From Halorutilales archaeon Cl-col2-1 (lineage in GTDB: Archaea; Halobacteriota; Halobacteria; Halobacteriales; Afararchaeaceae), in assembly GCA_041891055.1 (NCBI GenBank), contig CP169074.1, positions 1,583,863 to 1,615,862 on the forward strand: a stretch of DNA of 32,000 nucleotides, written 5' to 3'. Positions 7,168 to 17,876 of this stretch are shown here, one piece after another (positions within the stretch are counted from its first letter, which is position 1; each line of letters starts with the position of its first letter). The position numbers were made by a program, and so were the translations under genes. The notes below the pieces were generated by a model. It did no database searches, was not told where the DNA came from, and saw only the letters and a program-made list of their open reading frames with translations.

Positions 7168-8811
7168 GTGTTACGTTTCTACTGGAGATTCGTCAGGGTC
7201 GTCTTTCAGTTTCTGCCTCTCGCATTCGAGTATCTGCGTGATCGCCGTCGGTACATACTCTTCGGTGGGTCGAGAGAGGTCACTCCCGAGATGCAGAGAC
7301 AGAGGGCGCGGCGTCTCGTCGACTCATTTATCACTCTTGGACCCGCCTACATAAAGGTCGGACAGATCCTCTCGACCCGTCCCGACATAGTCCCGATGGA
7401 GTACATAGATGTACTCACGGATCTCCAGGACACCGTCCCGCCCGCTCCCTACGACGACGTCCGACACGTCGTCGAGGAAGATCTGGGTGATCCCCATGGG
7501 GTCTTCGACGAGTTCGACGAGGAAGCTATCTCGGGAGCCTCGCTCGGACAGGTACATACCGCGGAGTACAATGGCGAGGAGGTCGCCGTCAAGGTCAGAC
7601 GCCCCAACGTAGAGGAGATAGTCAGCACTGATCTCCGCGTAATGGGAACCCTTCTGCCTCTCATAAAGCCGTTCGTCTCGGAGGCACGCGCCTACTCGTT
7701 ACAGAACATGGCTGACGAGTTCTCACGCATTATACACGAGGAGATGGACTACGAGAGGGAAGCAGAGATGCTGACCGAGATTAGGTCGAACTTCTCCGAG
7801 AACTCCGAGGTCGTTATACCCGAGGTCTACGATGAAGTATCGACCGACCGCGTCCTAACCTTGGAGTACGTCGGGGGACCCAAGATCACCGACGTCGACC
7901 AACTCGAAGCGATGGGTGTCGACCCGTCACGTGTCGCGCGTGACTTAGAGAAGACCTACCTCAAGATGGCACTCGTCGACGGTGTCTTCCACGGCGACCC
8001 ACATCCCGGCAACCTCGCGGTCGACGACGACGGACGTATAGTAGTCTATGACTTCGGGATGAGTGGACGTATTGACCCGGCGATGCAGTCGAAGATAGTC
8101 GACTTTTATATCTCAGTCGCCGACAGGGATGCCCCGGGGATAGTCAACTCCCTCATAGCCCTTGGGACACTCGATCCCGACGTCAACAAGGAGACGATGA
8201 TAAACGTCGTCGAACTCGTCATAAAGGATCTCGAAGGTGAGGAGATCGACGAGTGGCGCGTACAGGAGATAATCGGCGAGGTCGAAGGGACGATGTACGA
8301 GTTCCCGTTCCGTCTCCCGCCCGACATGGCACTCCTGATGAGGGTCGCCACGGTCGTTGAGGGTGTCTGTCTTCAGCTAGATCCCGACTTCAACTTCATA
8401 GACGTAGCGAGCGAGTTCCTGACCGAGCAGGGATTCCGGGAGGAGGGAGTGAAACGGTTCGCCGACGAAGTCAGGAACGACCTCGAAGACACCCTCCGTG
8501 CGACCGTCAATACCCCCGTTAAGCTCGAAAACGCGCTCGACAAGATAGAGAGGAACTCCCTCGAAGTACGGACGGATCTGAGGGACTCGGCGGGTCATTT
8601 CGAGAGCCTCGGGAGACGTCTCTCGCTGTCGATACTCACAGGGGCGTCTATAATCGGCGGAGCTATACTCTCGACAGTCGATCTACTCTACGGCGGTCTG
8701 ATGTTCGTCCTGAGCGCGGTCTTCCTGTTCCTTCTCGTGCTGTCTTTCAGAAAGACGAAGGGACTCTCGGCGAAGCCCCAGTTCACGAGACAGGAGATGC
8801 GGAAGAAGTAG
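7168..8811 (+). CDS. ABC1/UbiB (AarF) family atypical kinase with C-terminal transmembrane segments
   Basis: 547-aa ORF with a GTG start. LGPAYIKVGQILSTRPDIVP, ISGASLGQVHTA..GEEVAVKVRRP and HGDPHPGNL are ABC1-family signatures. The C-terminus is hydrophobic. Confidence 0.88.
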   Translation: MLRFYWRFVRVVFQFLPLAFEYLRDRRRYILFGGSREVTPEMQRQRARRLVDSFITLGPAYIKVGQILSTRPDIVPMEYIDVLTDLQDTVPPAPYDDVRHVVEEDLGDPHGVFDEFDEEAISGASLGQVHTAEYNGEEVAVKVRRPNVEEIVSTDLRVMGTLLPLIKPFVSEARAYSLQNMADEFSRIIHEEMDYEREAEMLTEIRSNFSENSEVVIPEVYDEVSTDRVLTLEYVGGPKITDVDQLEAMGVDPSRVARDLEKTYLKMALVDGVFHGDPHPGNLAVDDDGRIVVYDFGMSGRIDPAMQSKIVDFYISVADRDAPGIVNSLIALGTLDPDVNKETMINVVELVIKDLEGEEIDEWRVQEIIGEVEGTMYEFPFRLPPDMALLMRVATVVEGVCLQLDPDFNFIDVASEFLTEQGFREEGVKRFADEVRNDLEDTLRATVNTPVKLENALDKIERNSLEVRTDLRDSAGHFESLGRRLSLSILTGASIIGGAILSTVDLLYGGLMFVLSAVFLFLLVLSFRKTKGLSAKPQFTRQEMRKK

Positions 8812-9531
8812 TTAGTACTCGGTACCTCTCCTCGCGGGTATGCCTGCGTCGAAGGGATGCTTTACCTTCTTGACGTTCGTGACTAAGTCGGCGGTCTCCT
8901 CTATATCTTCGAGACGGTCGTGGCTCCCTGTCAGGACAGCCTCGACTCCCTGAGCGCGTGACTTCACGACGTCTATCACGTCCTTCTCCGATACGAGCCC
9001 CTTCGAGACCGCATACAGCACCTCGTCGAGTATCACCATGTCGTAATTACCTTCACTCAGGTCTTCCTCGACCTCCTCGAGAGCTAGCCTCGCCGCCCTC
9101 TCGTGGCTCTCTTTCTCCGAGGTGTCCGCCCCCGAGACCCAGCCGTACTCCCCTGACCTCTCGACGTCGATCTCGGATATCTGTCTCAGGACGTCTATCT
9201 CTCCAGGCTCGTCGTCGGAGCCGTGTCCTGGAGCCTTACCCTTCATGAACTGGAGAAGTAAGACGTCGTAGCCTTGTCCCGCTGCCCTTACCGCCATTCC
9301 CAGAGCGGCGGTCGTCTTCCCCTTGCCGTCTCCCCACCACATCTCGACTAATCCGAGTCCGTTCTCCTCCTCTATCTGTCTGTACCTCTCGCGTCTCTCC
9401 TCCGAGACTCCGGGCCATCTCTCGTCTTCCTTATCTCCCTCTGCGCTTCTGTCTGTCTGTGTCTCCGTCTCTGTCTGAGAACTCGTATTAGTATTAGTTT
9501 CACTCGTCATCTCTGTCTTCACTCGGGACAC
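8812..9531 (-). CDS. cobA: Cob(I)yrinic acid a,c-diamide / cob(I)alamin adenosyltransferase (CobA/CobO/BtuR type) with an acidic Thr/Glu-rich N-terminal extension
   Basis: WWGDGKGKTTAALGMAVRAAGQGYDVLLLQFMKG (P-loop) and DMVILDE are present. The true start is uncertain: GTG at 9531 or ATG at 9510. Confidence 0.8.
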   Translation of the reverse strand: MSRVKTEMTSETNTNTSSQTETETQTDRSAEGDKEDERWPGVSEERRERYRQIEEENGLGLVEMWWGDGKGKTTAALGMAVRAAGQGYDVLLLQFMKGKAPGHGSDDEPGEIDVLRQISEIDVERSGEYGWVSGADTSEKESHERAARLALEEVEEDLSEGNYDMVILDEVLYAVSKGLVSEKDVIDVVKSRAQGVEAVLTGSHDRLEDIEETADLVTNVKKVKHPFDAGIPARRGTEY

Positions 9532-9589
9532 GGTACGTATCCCGTCTTAATTCACGCTTCGGCTTCGTCTTCAGCTTCAGTTTCGGACG

Positions 9590-10180
9590 TTACCTCTTGA
9601 ACCATCTCTTCTTCCAGACTACGTACGCCGCCGCGGCGATAACACCGAACCCTATGGTCAGGACACCGAAGCTTCCCTCTATGAAGCCGAGTATCTCCTC
9701 GCCGTAGAGACTCAGGAGTACCGCGACTCCTATGAAACGTGCTCCCCTCGAAACCACCGAGACCAAGATGAAGCCTCTGAGATCCATCCTGAATGCCCCC
9801 GACGACAGTGTGAAGACCTTGTAGGGGATTGGCGACAGACCCGCTATTCCGACTGCGGCGACGCCGTACTCGTCGTAGTAGTCCTCGACTAACTCCATCT
9901 TCTCGTCGTCGACTGTGGCTTCCAAGAGAGGTCTGCCACCTTTGTAGCCGGCGTAGTAGCCGAAGACTGCGCCCGCTACGGAGCCGATCGTCGTCACGAC
10001 GCCGTAGAATACCGCAGACTCGGGCGAGGCGACTGCGAGGGGTATGAGGACGACATCGGGAGGAATAGGGAAGAATGACGACTCTATGAACGCGAGGACG
10101 AAGAGACCCAGAGCGCCGAACGAGACGAATATCTCACGCGACGCCTCGACTATCTGTGAGACGGATTCGGGAAGTACCAT
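9590..10180 (-). CDS. DedA/YqaA (SNARE-associated domain) family membrane protein
   Basis: 196-aa polytopic ORF. FVLAFIESSFFPIPPDVVLIPLAV is the family's core motif. It starts 4 nt after the gltX stop. Confidence 0.75.
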   Translation of the reverse strand: MVLPESVSQIVEASREIFVSFGALGLFVLAFIESSFFPIPPDVVLIPLAVASPESAVFYGVVTTIGSVAGAVFGYYAGYKGGRPLLEATVDDEKMELVEDYYDEYGVAAVGIAGLSPIPYKVFTLSSGAFRMDLRGFILVSVVSRGARFIGVAVLLSLYGEEILGFIEGSFGVLTIGFGVIAAAAYVVWKKRWFKR

Positions 10181-10183
10181 TGC

Positions 10184-11923
10184 CTATCTGTGGCTGAAGA
10201 CCGCCGTGACGACGGGCTCTGTCTCCTCTATCCTCGCGAATCCGACGCGTTCGAACTGGACTACCTCGTCCTTCTCCTCAGCCGCTCCTTTCTCGACGAC
10301 TCCCTCTTCCTCTCCGTCTGGTGTCAGAAGACGTCCCTCGCGTCCGGCGTCGGGGGTGAGCCAGTGGACAACGTCGACCCCCTCGTCTCTCACGAGAGAC
10401 AGGTCGTCGCCTATCCCGCGTAGCTTGAGCGGATCTTCGGAGACTACCTCGACGTTGTAAAGATCCTTGAGACGGAGTCTGTCTCCGACTTCGAGATCCT
10501 CGGTGTCGTTAGGCTCTAAGACGACGGTGCCGTCGACGTCTATCTCTCTCACTCCGCGGTCTTCGTCGGGATGGAGCGACGGCGTCGCAGTCGTCGGCTC
10601 TGCGTCCTCGATCTCGACCTCGACGGGGTCACGTACGAAGAAGTACCTGTTGGCGGTGTCGTCTACTATCTTCCTGTTCTCGGAGTAGACGTGATCCATG
10701 CTGAAGTCGATGTCCGACTCGCTCACACCCAGGTCGAGTAGCGACTGTCTCAGAGCCTCGGGCTGTATGCCTCTCCTTCTGAGCGCTCGAACCGTCGGCA
10801 CTCGCGGGTCGTCCCACGAGTCGTACTCTCCCTTCTCGACCGCCTCGACGAGTGACGAGGTCGAGAGTGTACCGTACTCGTCTATAGAGATACGTCCCCA
10901 GTGAACCGTTTCGGGGTACTCCCAGCCGAAGTAGTCGTAGACGAAGCTCTGTCTCCCCTCGGAGCTTCTGAGATCCTTCCCGCGTATGATATGTGTGACA
11001 CCGAGAAGATGGTCATCTATTCCCGACTGGAAGTCGAGCATGGGCCAGACGGCGTAACGGTCGCCCACCACGGGATGCGGAGTCTTGACGACACGGAAGG
11101 CGACCCAGTCTCTCAGAGCGGGGTTCTTGTGTTCTATCTCGGTCTTGACCCTTAGGACAGCTTCGCCCTCGTCGTAGCCGCCGTCGACCATCTTCTCCCA
11201 CTCCTCGATGTTCTCCTCGACCGACCTACCGCGGTGGGGACACGCCTCTCCCGAGTTCTTGAGGTCGCTGAACTTCTCCTGTTCGCAGTGGCAGACGTAA
11301 GCGCCTCCCTTCTCTATTAGTTCTTCGGCGTAGTCGTAGTAGGTACTCACGCGGTCGCTCGCCCTGTAGACCTCGTCGACTTCCATTCCGAGCCAAGAGG
11401 CGTCCTCCTCGTACCAGTCGTAGGCGTCGGTCAGGGGACGTTTGTTGACGGGGTCTGTGTCGTCGAACCTGAGTATGAGCTTTCCTCCGTACTCGTCGAC
11501 GTACTCGTCGTTGACGACCATTCCCCTCGCGCTTCCGAGAGTCGGGGGACCGTTGGGGTTCGGAGCGAACCGCATCACGACCTCGTCGCCCTCGTCGACA
11601 TTCGGCAGGTCGGGCAGACCTTCGTCCTCCTCCGACTCCTCCTCTAACTCGTCTATGAGCTCGGGTGCTATCTCTTCGAGACGTTCGTGTCTCTCGTCGT
11701 CTGAGAGAGAGTTGACCCCGGCGACGACCTTGCCTATCTCTCCTGCTATCTCGTCGCCCTTCTGTCTCAGGTCGGGATGCTCTCCCATCAGCTTCCCCAT
11801 CACGGCACCTGTCTCGGCGTCGCTCTCGTACTTGACGGCGTTCTGGAGAGCGTACTTCCTCGCGAGTTCGTCTACGTCTATGTCTATGTCTACGTCTGCG
11901 TCAGCGTCTCCTTCTTCGGACAT
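10184..11923 (-). CDS. gltX: Glutamyl-tRNA synthetase, archaeal type
   Basis: 579-aa ORF. It shows RFAPNPNGPPTLGSARG (HIGH region), ILRFDDTDP and GTLSTSS (a KMSKS-like loop). Confidence 0.92.
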   Translation of the reverse strand: MSEEGDADADVDIDIDVDELARKYALQNAVKYESDAETGAVMGKLMGEHPDLRQKGDEIAGEIGKVVAGVNSLSDDERHERLEEIAPELIDELEEESEEDEGLPDLPNVDEGDEVVMRFAPNPNGPPTLGSARGMVVNDEYVDEYGGKLILRFDDTDPVNKRPLTDAYDWYEEDASWLGMEVDEVYRASDRVSTYYDYAEELIEKGGAYVCHCEQEKFSDLKNSGEACPHRGRSVEENIEEWEKMVDGGYDEGEAVLRVKTEIEHKNPALRDWVAFRVVKTPHPVVGDRYAVWPMLDFQSGIDDHLLGVTHIIRGKDLRSSEGRQSFVYDYFGWEYPETVHWGRISIDEYGTLSTSSLVEAVEKGEYDSWDDPRVPTVRALRRRGIQPEALRQSLLDLGVSESDIDFSMDHVYSENRKIVDDTANRYFFVRDPVEVEIEDAEPTTATPSLHPDEDRGVREIDVDGTVVLEPNDTEDLEVGDRLRLKDLYNVEVVSEDPLKLRGIGDDLSLVRDEGVDVVHWLTPDAGREGRLLTPDGEEEGVVEKGAAEEKDEVVQFERVGFARIEETEPVVTAVFSHR

Positions 11924-11925
11924 AC

Positions 11926-12912
11926 TTAGTGTTCCCTCTCGACTACGAAGTCGGAGAGACGCAGAAGTATATCCTTCGCCTCCGACTCGGGGAGTCCTTC
12001 GAGACTCTCCTTCGCGTCGTCTATGAGCTCGTCGGCTCTCTGCCTCGCGTACTCTATGCTTCCCGCCCCTTCTATCTCGTCTATCTTGTCACGTATCTCC
12101 TCACGCGTGGCGTCGTCGTCGAGGCTCGTGTCGACCCCGTTCCTCCTCGCGTGTATATTTATGAGGGTCTGTTTGTCCTCGACGAGGTCACTTGCGTGTG
12201 TCTTACCTATCTCGTCGGTCGATCCCGTGATGTCTAAGACATCGTCCTGTATCTGGAACGCCTTCCCCATCTTGATGCCTGCGTCGTACATCGCCTCGAC
12301 AGTCTCGTCGTCGGCGTCTGCGACGACCGCGCCTATTCCCGCCGCCGCTCCGAAGAGGACTGCTGTCTTCTTCTCGACCATCTCCATGTACTCGTCCTCT
12401 CCGACTTCGTCAGACCTCTCGAACTCGATGTCAAGTGCCTGTCCCTCACAGACACCCGTACACGACTCCGCGAGAACCTTCATCATGTAGTTGAGATCCT
12501 CGGGATCGACGTCGGCTTTGAGCATGACCTCGAACGCCTTCGAGTAGAGTGTGTCCCCCGCGAGTATAGCTGTCGGCTCGTCCCACTCGACGTGGACACT
12601 CGGGACGCCCCTCCTGAGGTCGTCGTCGTCCATTATGTCGTCGTGTATGAGTGTGAACGAATGTATCGTCTCTATAGAGACTGCGGCGGGAACAGTCTTC
12701 TCGGGGTTGTCCTCTCCGAGAGCCTCCGCAGTCAGAAGCAGGAGAGCAGGACGGAGACGTTTACCCCCCGCTCTCAGTAGATACAGCGACGCCTCATAGA
12801 GACTCTTGGGCTCATCCTCGGGGAGGTACTCGTCGAACGACTCGTTGACGGTCTCCGCCCTCTTCTGTATCTCCGACCTCACGTCGACAGTGCTCTTCGA
12901 CACCCCGCTCAC
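11926..12912 (-). CDS. idsA: Geranylgeranyl diphosphate synthase (short-chain trans-prenyltransferase)
   Basis: 328-aa ORF. The first Asp-rich motif is [15 protein letters not shown] and the second is FQIQDDVLD. Confidence 0.9.
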   Translation of the reverse strand: MSGVSKSTVDVRSEIQKRAETVNESFDEYLPEDEPKSLYEASLYLLRAGGKRLRPALLLLTAEALGEDNPEKTVPAAVSIETIHSFTLIHDDIMDDDDLRRGVPSVHVEWDEPTAILAGDTLYSKAFEVMLKADVDPEDLNYMMKVLAESCTGVCEGQALDIEFERSDEVGEDEYMEMVEKKTAVLFGAAAGIGAVVADADDETVEAMYDAGIKMGKAFQIQDDVLDITGSTDEIGKTHASDLVEDKQTLINIHARRNGVDTSLDDDATREEIRDKIDEIEGAGSIEYARQRADELIDDAKESLEGLPESEAKDILLRLSDFVVEREH

Positions 12913-14258
12913 CTCGTGAGAAGAGTCTGGTCTCCGTTTCTGAGCATATGGGCGTCGCGTCCCATCTCGTAGCCGAGATCCTCGACCATGTCTATGTACT
13001 TGCTCCTCTCCGACATGCTCTGGTGTCCGGGTATGACGTGTTTGGGATCGAGCCAGTCGAGTAGGTCGTAATGTTCCTCACGTCCCATGTGTCCCGAGAC
13101 GTGGATGTCGGTGTATATACGCGCGCCCTGTGACTTGAGTAGCTTCTCCGCCTGGTGTCTCTGTCCCTCGTTGATCGGCGAGGGTATCACTCGTGCACTG
13201 TAGAGAACCCTGTCGCCCTCCTCGATCTCGTACGGCGTCTCGTCTCTCGCCATACGTGTCAGCATAGCGCGGGGCTCTCCCTGGTGTCCCGTGACTATCG
13301 GAAGGTAGTCTCCCTTTCCTTCCTCCATCACGCGTTTCATCGCTCTGTCTATGCTTCTCCTGTGTCCGAACATACCGACGTCCTCGAAGTCGGCTATGTC
13401 CATCCTCTCGGCGATGTTCGAGTACTTCTCCATGCTCCTTCCGAGGAGTATAGGACGTCTTCCTATGTCCTGTGAGAACTCTATGAGGCTCTTGATCCTT
13501 GCTATGTGTGACGCGAAGGTCGTAGCGACTATGCCTCCGTCGTAGTCCTCCATCGAGTACATTATGTCACGGAGCATCTCACGTGCGATCTTCTCGCTCG
13601 GAGTCCTGCCGTTGCCGTCCCCGGATATGTTGGTACAGTCAGGTATTAATCCGAGGACTCCGTTGCCCTCTCTACCTATCTCCTTGAAACGCTCCTTGTC
13701 TATGGGGTCTCCGACGACGGGAGTGTAGTCCATCCTCATGTCGAGACCGTAGACAACAGCACCCTCGGGTGTGTGTACGACGGGGGTCACAGCCTGTGGT
13801 ATCGAGTGCTGTGTGTTGACGAACTCGACAGAGACATTCGGCGAGATCTGGAAGACCTCCCCCGTCTTCATCTCCCTTATCTCGTTCGTGAAGCCGAACT
13901 TCTTCTCTCCCTTGACCTGGTTCTTAACGAGCTGTGCCGTGAACGGAGTCGCCACTATGGGTGCCTCGTATCTGTGAGCGAGCTTGGGTATCGCACCTAT
14001 GTGGTCGAGATGTCCGTGTGTAGGTATTATAGCCTTCACGTCTCCCTCGACGTCGCTCATCACCCTGTCGTCGGGTATCGCACCCAGCTCTATGAGGTCG
14101 AGCGAGTGCATCGTCTCTGTCTCGACGTTGTCGTGCATCACGACCTTGCCGACGTCGAGTCCCATGTCGAACACTATGACGTCGTCACCAACCCTAACGG
14201 CTGTCATCTGACCCTCAACTCCCTCGTATCCTCCGACCGCTGTTATTTCAACTTCCAT
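12909..14258 (-). CDS. rnj: Ribonuclease J (archaeal beta-CASP metallo-beta-lactamase RNase)
   Basis: 449-aa ORF. The N-terminus is [30 protein letters not shown], with the HGHLDHIG metal motif and a late HVSGH motif. Size and layout match archaeal RNase J. Confidence 0.85.
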   Translation of the reverse strand: MEVEITAVGGYEGVEGQMTAVRVGDDVIVFDMGLDVGKVVMHDNVETETMHSLDLIELGAIPDDRVMSDVEGDVKAIIPTHGHLDHIGAIPKLAHRYEAPIVATPFTAQLVKNQVKGEKKFGFTNEIREMKTGEVFQISPNVSVEFVNTQHSIPQAVTPVVHTPEGAVVYGLDMRMDYTPVVGDPIDKERFKEIGREGNGVLGLIPDCTNISGDGNGRTPSEKIAREMLRDIMYSMEDYDGGIVATTFASHIARIKSLIEFSQDIGRRPILLGRSMEKYSNIAERMDIADFEDVGMFGHRRSIDRAMKRVMEEGKGDYLPIVTGHQGEPRAMLTRMARDETPYEIEEGDRVLYSARVIPSPINEGQRHQAEKLLKSQGARIYTDIHVSGHMGREEHYDLLDWLDPKHVIPGHQSMSERSKYIDMVEDLGYEMGRDAHMLRNGDQTLLTR

Positions 14259-14312
14259 GTATTTTCACCTTTTTAAGTTAAGACTAAAGCAGTTTGGCTC
14301 TGATAGGCTTAG

Positions 14313-15377
14313 TTAAGTATCAAAGCCCATCTGAGTTAAATATTCGTGTGTCTTACCAGTAGTAACTGTTTCTACTCTCCTAAGTTCATCGATATCCTCC
14401 GCCCCCGTCACGAACATAGCAGTCCGTAGCCCCTCCGTAACTTCTTTGACCGCTTTCACCGCCTCTTGCTTGCCTTTTGCGGCGGGTTTCAGGAACGGAC
14501 TCGCGAGCCCTCCTCCGACTCCTCCGAGTGCTACCGCCTTAGCGACATCGAGTCCCGAACGGACGCCTCCGCTCGCGACGACCCTCGGATGCTCTTCGCT
14601 CGCAGCTACCGTACTTACTGCGGTGGGTATTCCCCAGTTCCTGAAGAGGTTTCCGAGCTTCTCACCCATTTCGTCTCCGACCGCCGCCGCTCTGTGGGAC
14701 TCGACTCCTGACCACGTCGTTCCGCCCTTTCCAGCGACGTCTACGACGTCGACTCCCGCGTCTTTGAGGCGTCTCGCTGTCGACCGGGATATACCGTTGC
14801 CCGTCTCCTTGGCTATCACGGGGACGCTGAGTTCGTCACAGATCTTCTCTATCTCACTCAGGCAGCCCTCGGCTTGTGTGTCTCCCTCGGGCTGTACTGC
14901 CTCCTGTAGGAAGTTGAGATGTATCGCCATCGCGTCGGCGTCTATCATATCGACCGCCTCCTCGACGTCCTCAACCCCGTACTCGTGAAGCTGGGGCGCG
15001 CCTATGTTTCCGTAGATGAAGGCGTCGGGAGCGGCGTCCCTCACGACCTCGAACGACTCTCTCTGGCTCTTGTCTTCGAGCCCTGCCCTCTGACTTCCGA
15101 CACCCATCGCGACTCCGGCTTCCTGGGCGGCGTGGGCGAGGGATCTGTTTATCTCCGTCGCGCTCGGATGCCCTCCCGTCATGCTCTCTATGAAGACGGG
15201 CGAGTCGAGGTCGTGTCCTAAGAACTCGACCGACGTGTCTACGTCGCCGAGGTCGACTTCGGGAAGCGCCTCGTGTACGAGGTCGACCTCCCCGAATCCC
15301 GTCCCCGACGTCTCGACGTCCTCCTCGTTTACTATACGTATGTGGTCGTCCTTTCTCTCTGAAGCTCCGGGTGTCAT
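14313..15377 (-). CDS. fni: Isopentenyl-diphosphate delta-isomerase, type 2 (FMN-dependent)
   Basis: 354-aa [21 protein letters not shown] and GGTTW are IDI-2 landmarks. It overlaps the IPK stop by 4 nt. Confidence 0.9.
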   Translation of the reverse strand: MTPGASERKDDHIRIVNEEDVETSGTGFGEVDLVHEALPEVDLGDVDTSVEFLGHDLDSPVFIESMTGGHPSATEINRSLAHAAQEAGVAMGVGSQRAGLEDKSQRESFEVVRDAAPDAFIYGNIGAPQLHEYGVEDVEEAVDMIDADAMAIHLNFLQEAVQPEGDTQAEGCLSEIEKICDELSVPVIAKETGNGISRSTARRLKDAGVDVVDVAGKGGTTWSGVESHRAAAVGDEMGEKLGNLFRNWGIPTAVSTVAASEEHPRVVASGGVRSGLDVAKAVALGGVGGGLASPFLKPAAKGKQEAVKAVKEVTEGLRTAMFVTGAEDIDELRRVETVTTGKTHEYLTQMGFDT

Positions 15378-16102
15378 TCTGATCTCTTTATTAATGTTCC
15401 AACGTCCCCACCGGATAAAAAACCGCGTAGTTCGTCACGTCCGAAGACGTAGCCTCCGGATTTGAGCCGGAGTATCTCCTCGACCTTGTTTCTTATGCCG
15501 CCCGTGACGTCTGTGGCGTCATCGTCGAAGACATCGACCTCGGAGACGTCGGTGACTCTGTCGACTACTTCTCCGTCGGAGTCGAGTACTCCGCCTGCTG
15601 ACGTACACATTCCGAGCCTGCCGTCGAAGACGCGCGATACCTCGACAGAGAGGGCGTCGCCCGAGACGACCGAGACTCCTCTTCCCTTCTCGACGGTACA
15701 GTCGCCGTGTAGGACGGGTGTGAAACCCTCGTCCAAGAGGCTCTCTATCTGGTCGGTCATCATACTCAGACCGTTTTCGTCCCTACGGGTACACGAGAAG
15801 GGATGTACAGAGACGGCGTCGACGCCGCCCTCTATAAGAGACCCGACCAGCTTCGAGTTGAGACGTGAGACAGCCGAGTGGGTCTCGTGTACACCCCGCG
15901 CGTCGTGTGTTCCCTGCTTGAGTCCTCCTCTCTCGGCTTGGGGATGTCCGAAAGACCCCGCGCCGTGGACGAGGATGAGATTATGGGGATCGGAGTCCGC
16001 CTCCGAGACTGCGTCGACGACATCCTCGAACGCCTCGTCGTCGAGGCTCTCCTCTTCCGACTTGTGCGTCAGGACGCTTCCGCCTATCTTTAGAACAGTC
16101 AC
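15374..16102 (-). CDS. Isopentenyl phosphate kinase
   Basis: 242-aa amino-acid-kinase fold. LKIGGSVLT and VHGAGSFGH match IPK. It lies between mvk and IDI-2. Confidence 0.85.
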   Translation of the reverse strand: MTVLKIGGSVLTHKSEEESLDDEAFEDVVDAVSEADSDPHNLILVHGAGSFGHPQAERGGLKQGTHDARGVHETHSAVSRLNSKLVGSLIEGGVDAVSVHPFSCTRRDENGLSMMTDQIESLLDEGFTPVLHGDCTVEKGRGVSVVSGDALSVEVSRVFDGRLGMCTSAGGVLDSDGEVVDRVTDVSEVDVFDDDATDVTGGIRNKVEEILRLKSGGYVFGRDELRGFLSGGDVGTLIKRSE

Positions 16103-17073
16103 TCGCGTCTCACTCCGTCGCTGACTGTCACCTCGAAGACCCTCTCCGACTCTATCTCGGTGCCTGCAGCCACAGTCTCGGGATCGTCCCCGGGTACTGC
16201 GACTACACAGCCTCCCCCACCCGCACCCGTGATCTTCGCCCCCTCGGCTCCCGAGTCACGTGCCGCCCAGACCATCCTCGAAAGCGACGAGCTTCCGACC
16301 CCGAGTGCCTCTAGGAGACCGTGGTTGAGGTTCATGAGATCGCCCGTCTCTTCGATGTCTCCTCTCTTCACAGCGTCGACACCCTCGCGCGTGAGGTCGC
16401 CTATGCTCTCGACTACTCTCGCGGCGACGTCACTCTCCTCCCTGAGACGTCTGACTCCCTCTACCATCTCCCCTGTCGGCGCGCTGTCTCCGTCATAGCC
16501 CACGACTAGCTCCGTCTCCGAGAACTCCTCTGTGTCGAGGCTTCTGAGCTCGTCGTCGGGCTCGACGTAGGTCACTCCCCCGACCGCACTCGTGAAGGTG
16601 TCGGCGGGGGAAGCCGCACCCTGTACCTCCTTTTCGACCTCGTGTCCTATCTCGGCTATCCTCTCGGGGTCGAGTTCGACACCGAGTTCGCGCGTCACGG
16701 CGTCTACGGTAGCTACGACGACTGCGGCACTCGACCCTAAGCCTGCTCCTATCGGAAGCTCCGACTCTATCTCGATTTCGAGTCTCGCGTCTGACTCGAC
16801 CTCCTCGCGCGCTCTGTCGACTGCTGTCTCTATGTACTCGAAGCCGTCAGTCTCTCCGGTTAGAATAGTCCTTTCGCCGTCGTACTCCGCGCGTATCTCG
16901 GATACCGGTAGCCCGGTGTCGGCGTCGGCGTGTATACTGTCCCTCGTGTTGTCTGTCGTCCCGGCGGCTACGGTAACTCGTCTGTCTATGGCGCACACTA
17001 CAGCGGGCTCGCCGTAGACTACGGCGTGCTCGCCGAACAGGAAGACCTTCCCCGGCGCGCTCGAAGTTTCCAT
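16099..17073 (-). CDS. mvk: Mevalonate kinase
   Basis: 324-aa GHMP kinase. It shows APGKVFLFGEHAVVYG, PIGAGLGSSAA and KITGAGGGGC. Confidence 0.92.
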   Translation of the reverse strand: METSSAPGKVFLFGEHAVVYGEPAVVCAIDRRVTVAAGTTDNTRDSIHADADTGLPVSEIRAEYDGERTILTGETDGFEYIETAVDRAREEVESDARLEIEIESELPIGAGLGSSAAVVVATVDAVTRELGVELDPERIAEIGHEVEKEVQGAASPADTFTSAVGGVTYVEPDDELRSLDTEEFSETELVVGYDGDSAPTGEMVEGVRRLREESDVAARVVESIGDLTREGVDAVKRGDIEETGDLMNLNHGLLEALGVGSSSLSRMVWAARDSGAEGAKITGAGGGGCVVAVPGDDPETVAAGTEIESERVFEVTVSDGVRRE

Positions 17074-17083
17074 CTCCTCTACT

Positions 17084-17863
17084 CTACAGCTCTGTCTCGA
17101 AGTCTTCGAGCGTGTAGTCGGTCTCTGCTCCTCTCATGTCGAGTATCTCGTCAGCGAGTAGCCAGTAGACAGTTGCGAGTGCCTTACGTCCCTTGTTGTT
17201 GGTGGGTATGACGAGGTCGACGTTGTTGGTGGCATTGTTGGTATCACACATCGCTATGACGGGGATACCGACCGTGACAGCCTCCTTGACAGCCTGAGAG
17301 TCGCCAATCGGGTCTGTGACGACGACGACCTCGGGCTCTATGTAGCCCTCGTAGTCGGGGTTCGTGAGCGTGCCGGGTATGAAACGTCCAGCGCGAACCC
17401 TCGCTCCCGTGGCGTCGGCGAAGACCTCGGCGGGATGCTGTCCGTACTCACGTGACGAGGTCACGAGTATGTTACCCGGCTCGTAGTTGTCAAGGAAGCT
17501 CGCCGCGGTTCGTATCCTGTCGTCGGTCTTCTTCGCGTCTATGACATAGAGTCCGTCCTCTCTGACACGGTGGATGAACCTCTCCATGTCGCTCGTCTTC
17601 TGCTGTGTTCCTATGTGGACACCAGCAGCGAGGTAGTCGTCGACGGGTATGAGTAGCTCTCCCTCCTCTATGTCCTCTACCTGTGAGTCGGTGACTCCGC
17701 CAACTTCTTCTTCCTCTGTCTCAGCTTCTGTCTCTGTCTCTGTGTCTGTGTCTGCGTCTACGTCTGCTTCCTCGAAATCCCCTACGTCCTCCACGCCGGT
17801 CTCTTCTGCGTCAACGTCGACTTCTTCGTTCGTTTCGCCGTTGTCTTCCTGTTCTGTCTCCAT
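17084..17863 (-). CDS. rps2: Ribosomal protein uS2 (S2) with a long acidic N-terminal extension
   Basis: [11 protein letters not shown]..., [11 protein letters not shown] and VVVTDP form the uS2 core. I prefer the start at METEQ (17863), because the track start at 17899 would overlap the enolase 3' end. Confidence 0.9.
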   Translation of the reverse strand: METEQEDNGETNEEVDVDAEETGVEDVGDFEEADVDADTDTETETEAETEEEEVGGVTDSQVEDIEEGELLIPVDDYLAAGVHIGTQQKTSDMERFIHRVREDGLYVIDAKKTDDRIRTAASFLDNYEPGNILVTSSREYGQHPAEVFADATGARVRAGRFIPGTLTNPDYEGYIEPEVVVVTDPIGDSQAVKEAVTVGIPVIAMCDTNNATNNVDLVIPTNNKGRKALATVYWLLADEILDMRGAETDYTLEDFETEL

Positions 17864-17876
17864 GGTTGATCTTATC

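Noticed and set aside
9532-9640. An acidic mini-ORF or alternate-frame tail (MVQEVTSETEAEDEAEA) overlapping and following the DedA stop. It could suggest a frameshifted acidic C-terminus.
   Set aside because: Only 17 codons. The DedA reading frame ends in a normal basic cytoplasmic tail (WKKRWFKR). There is no slippery site. GAAGCn repeats in the spacer can produce such frames by chance.
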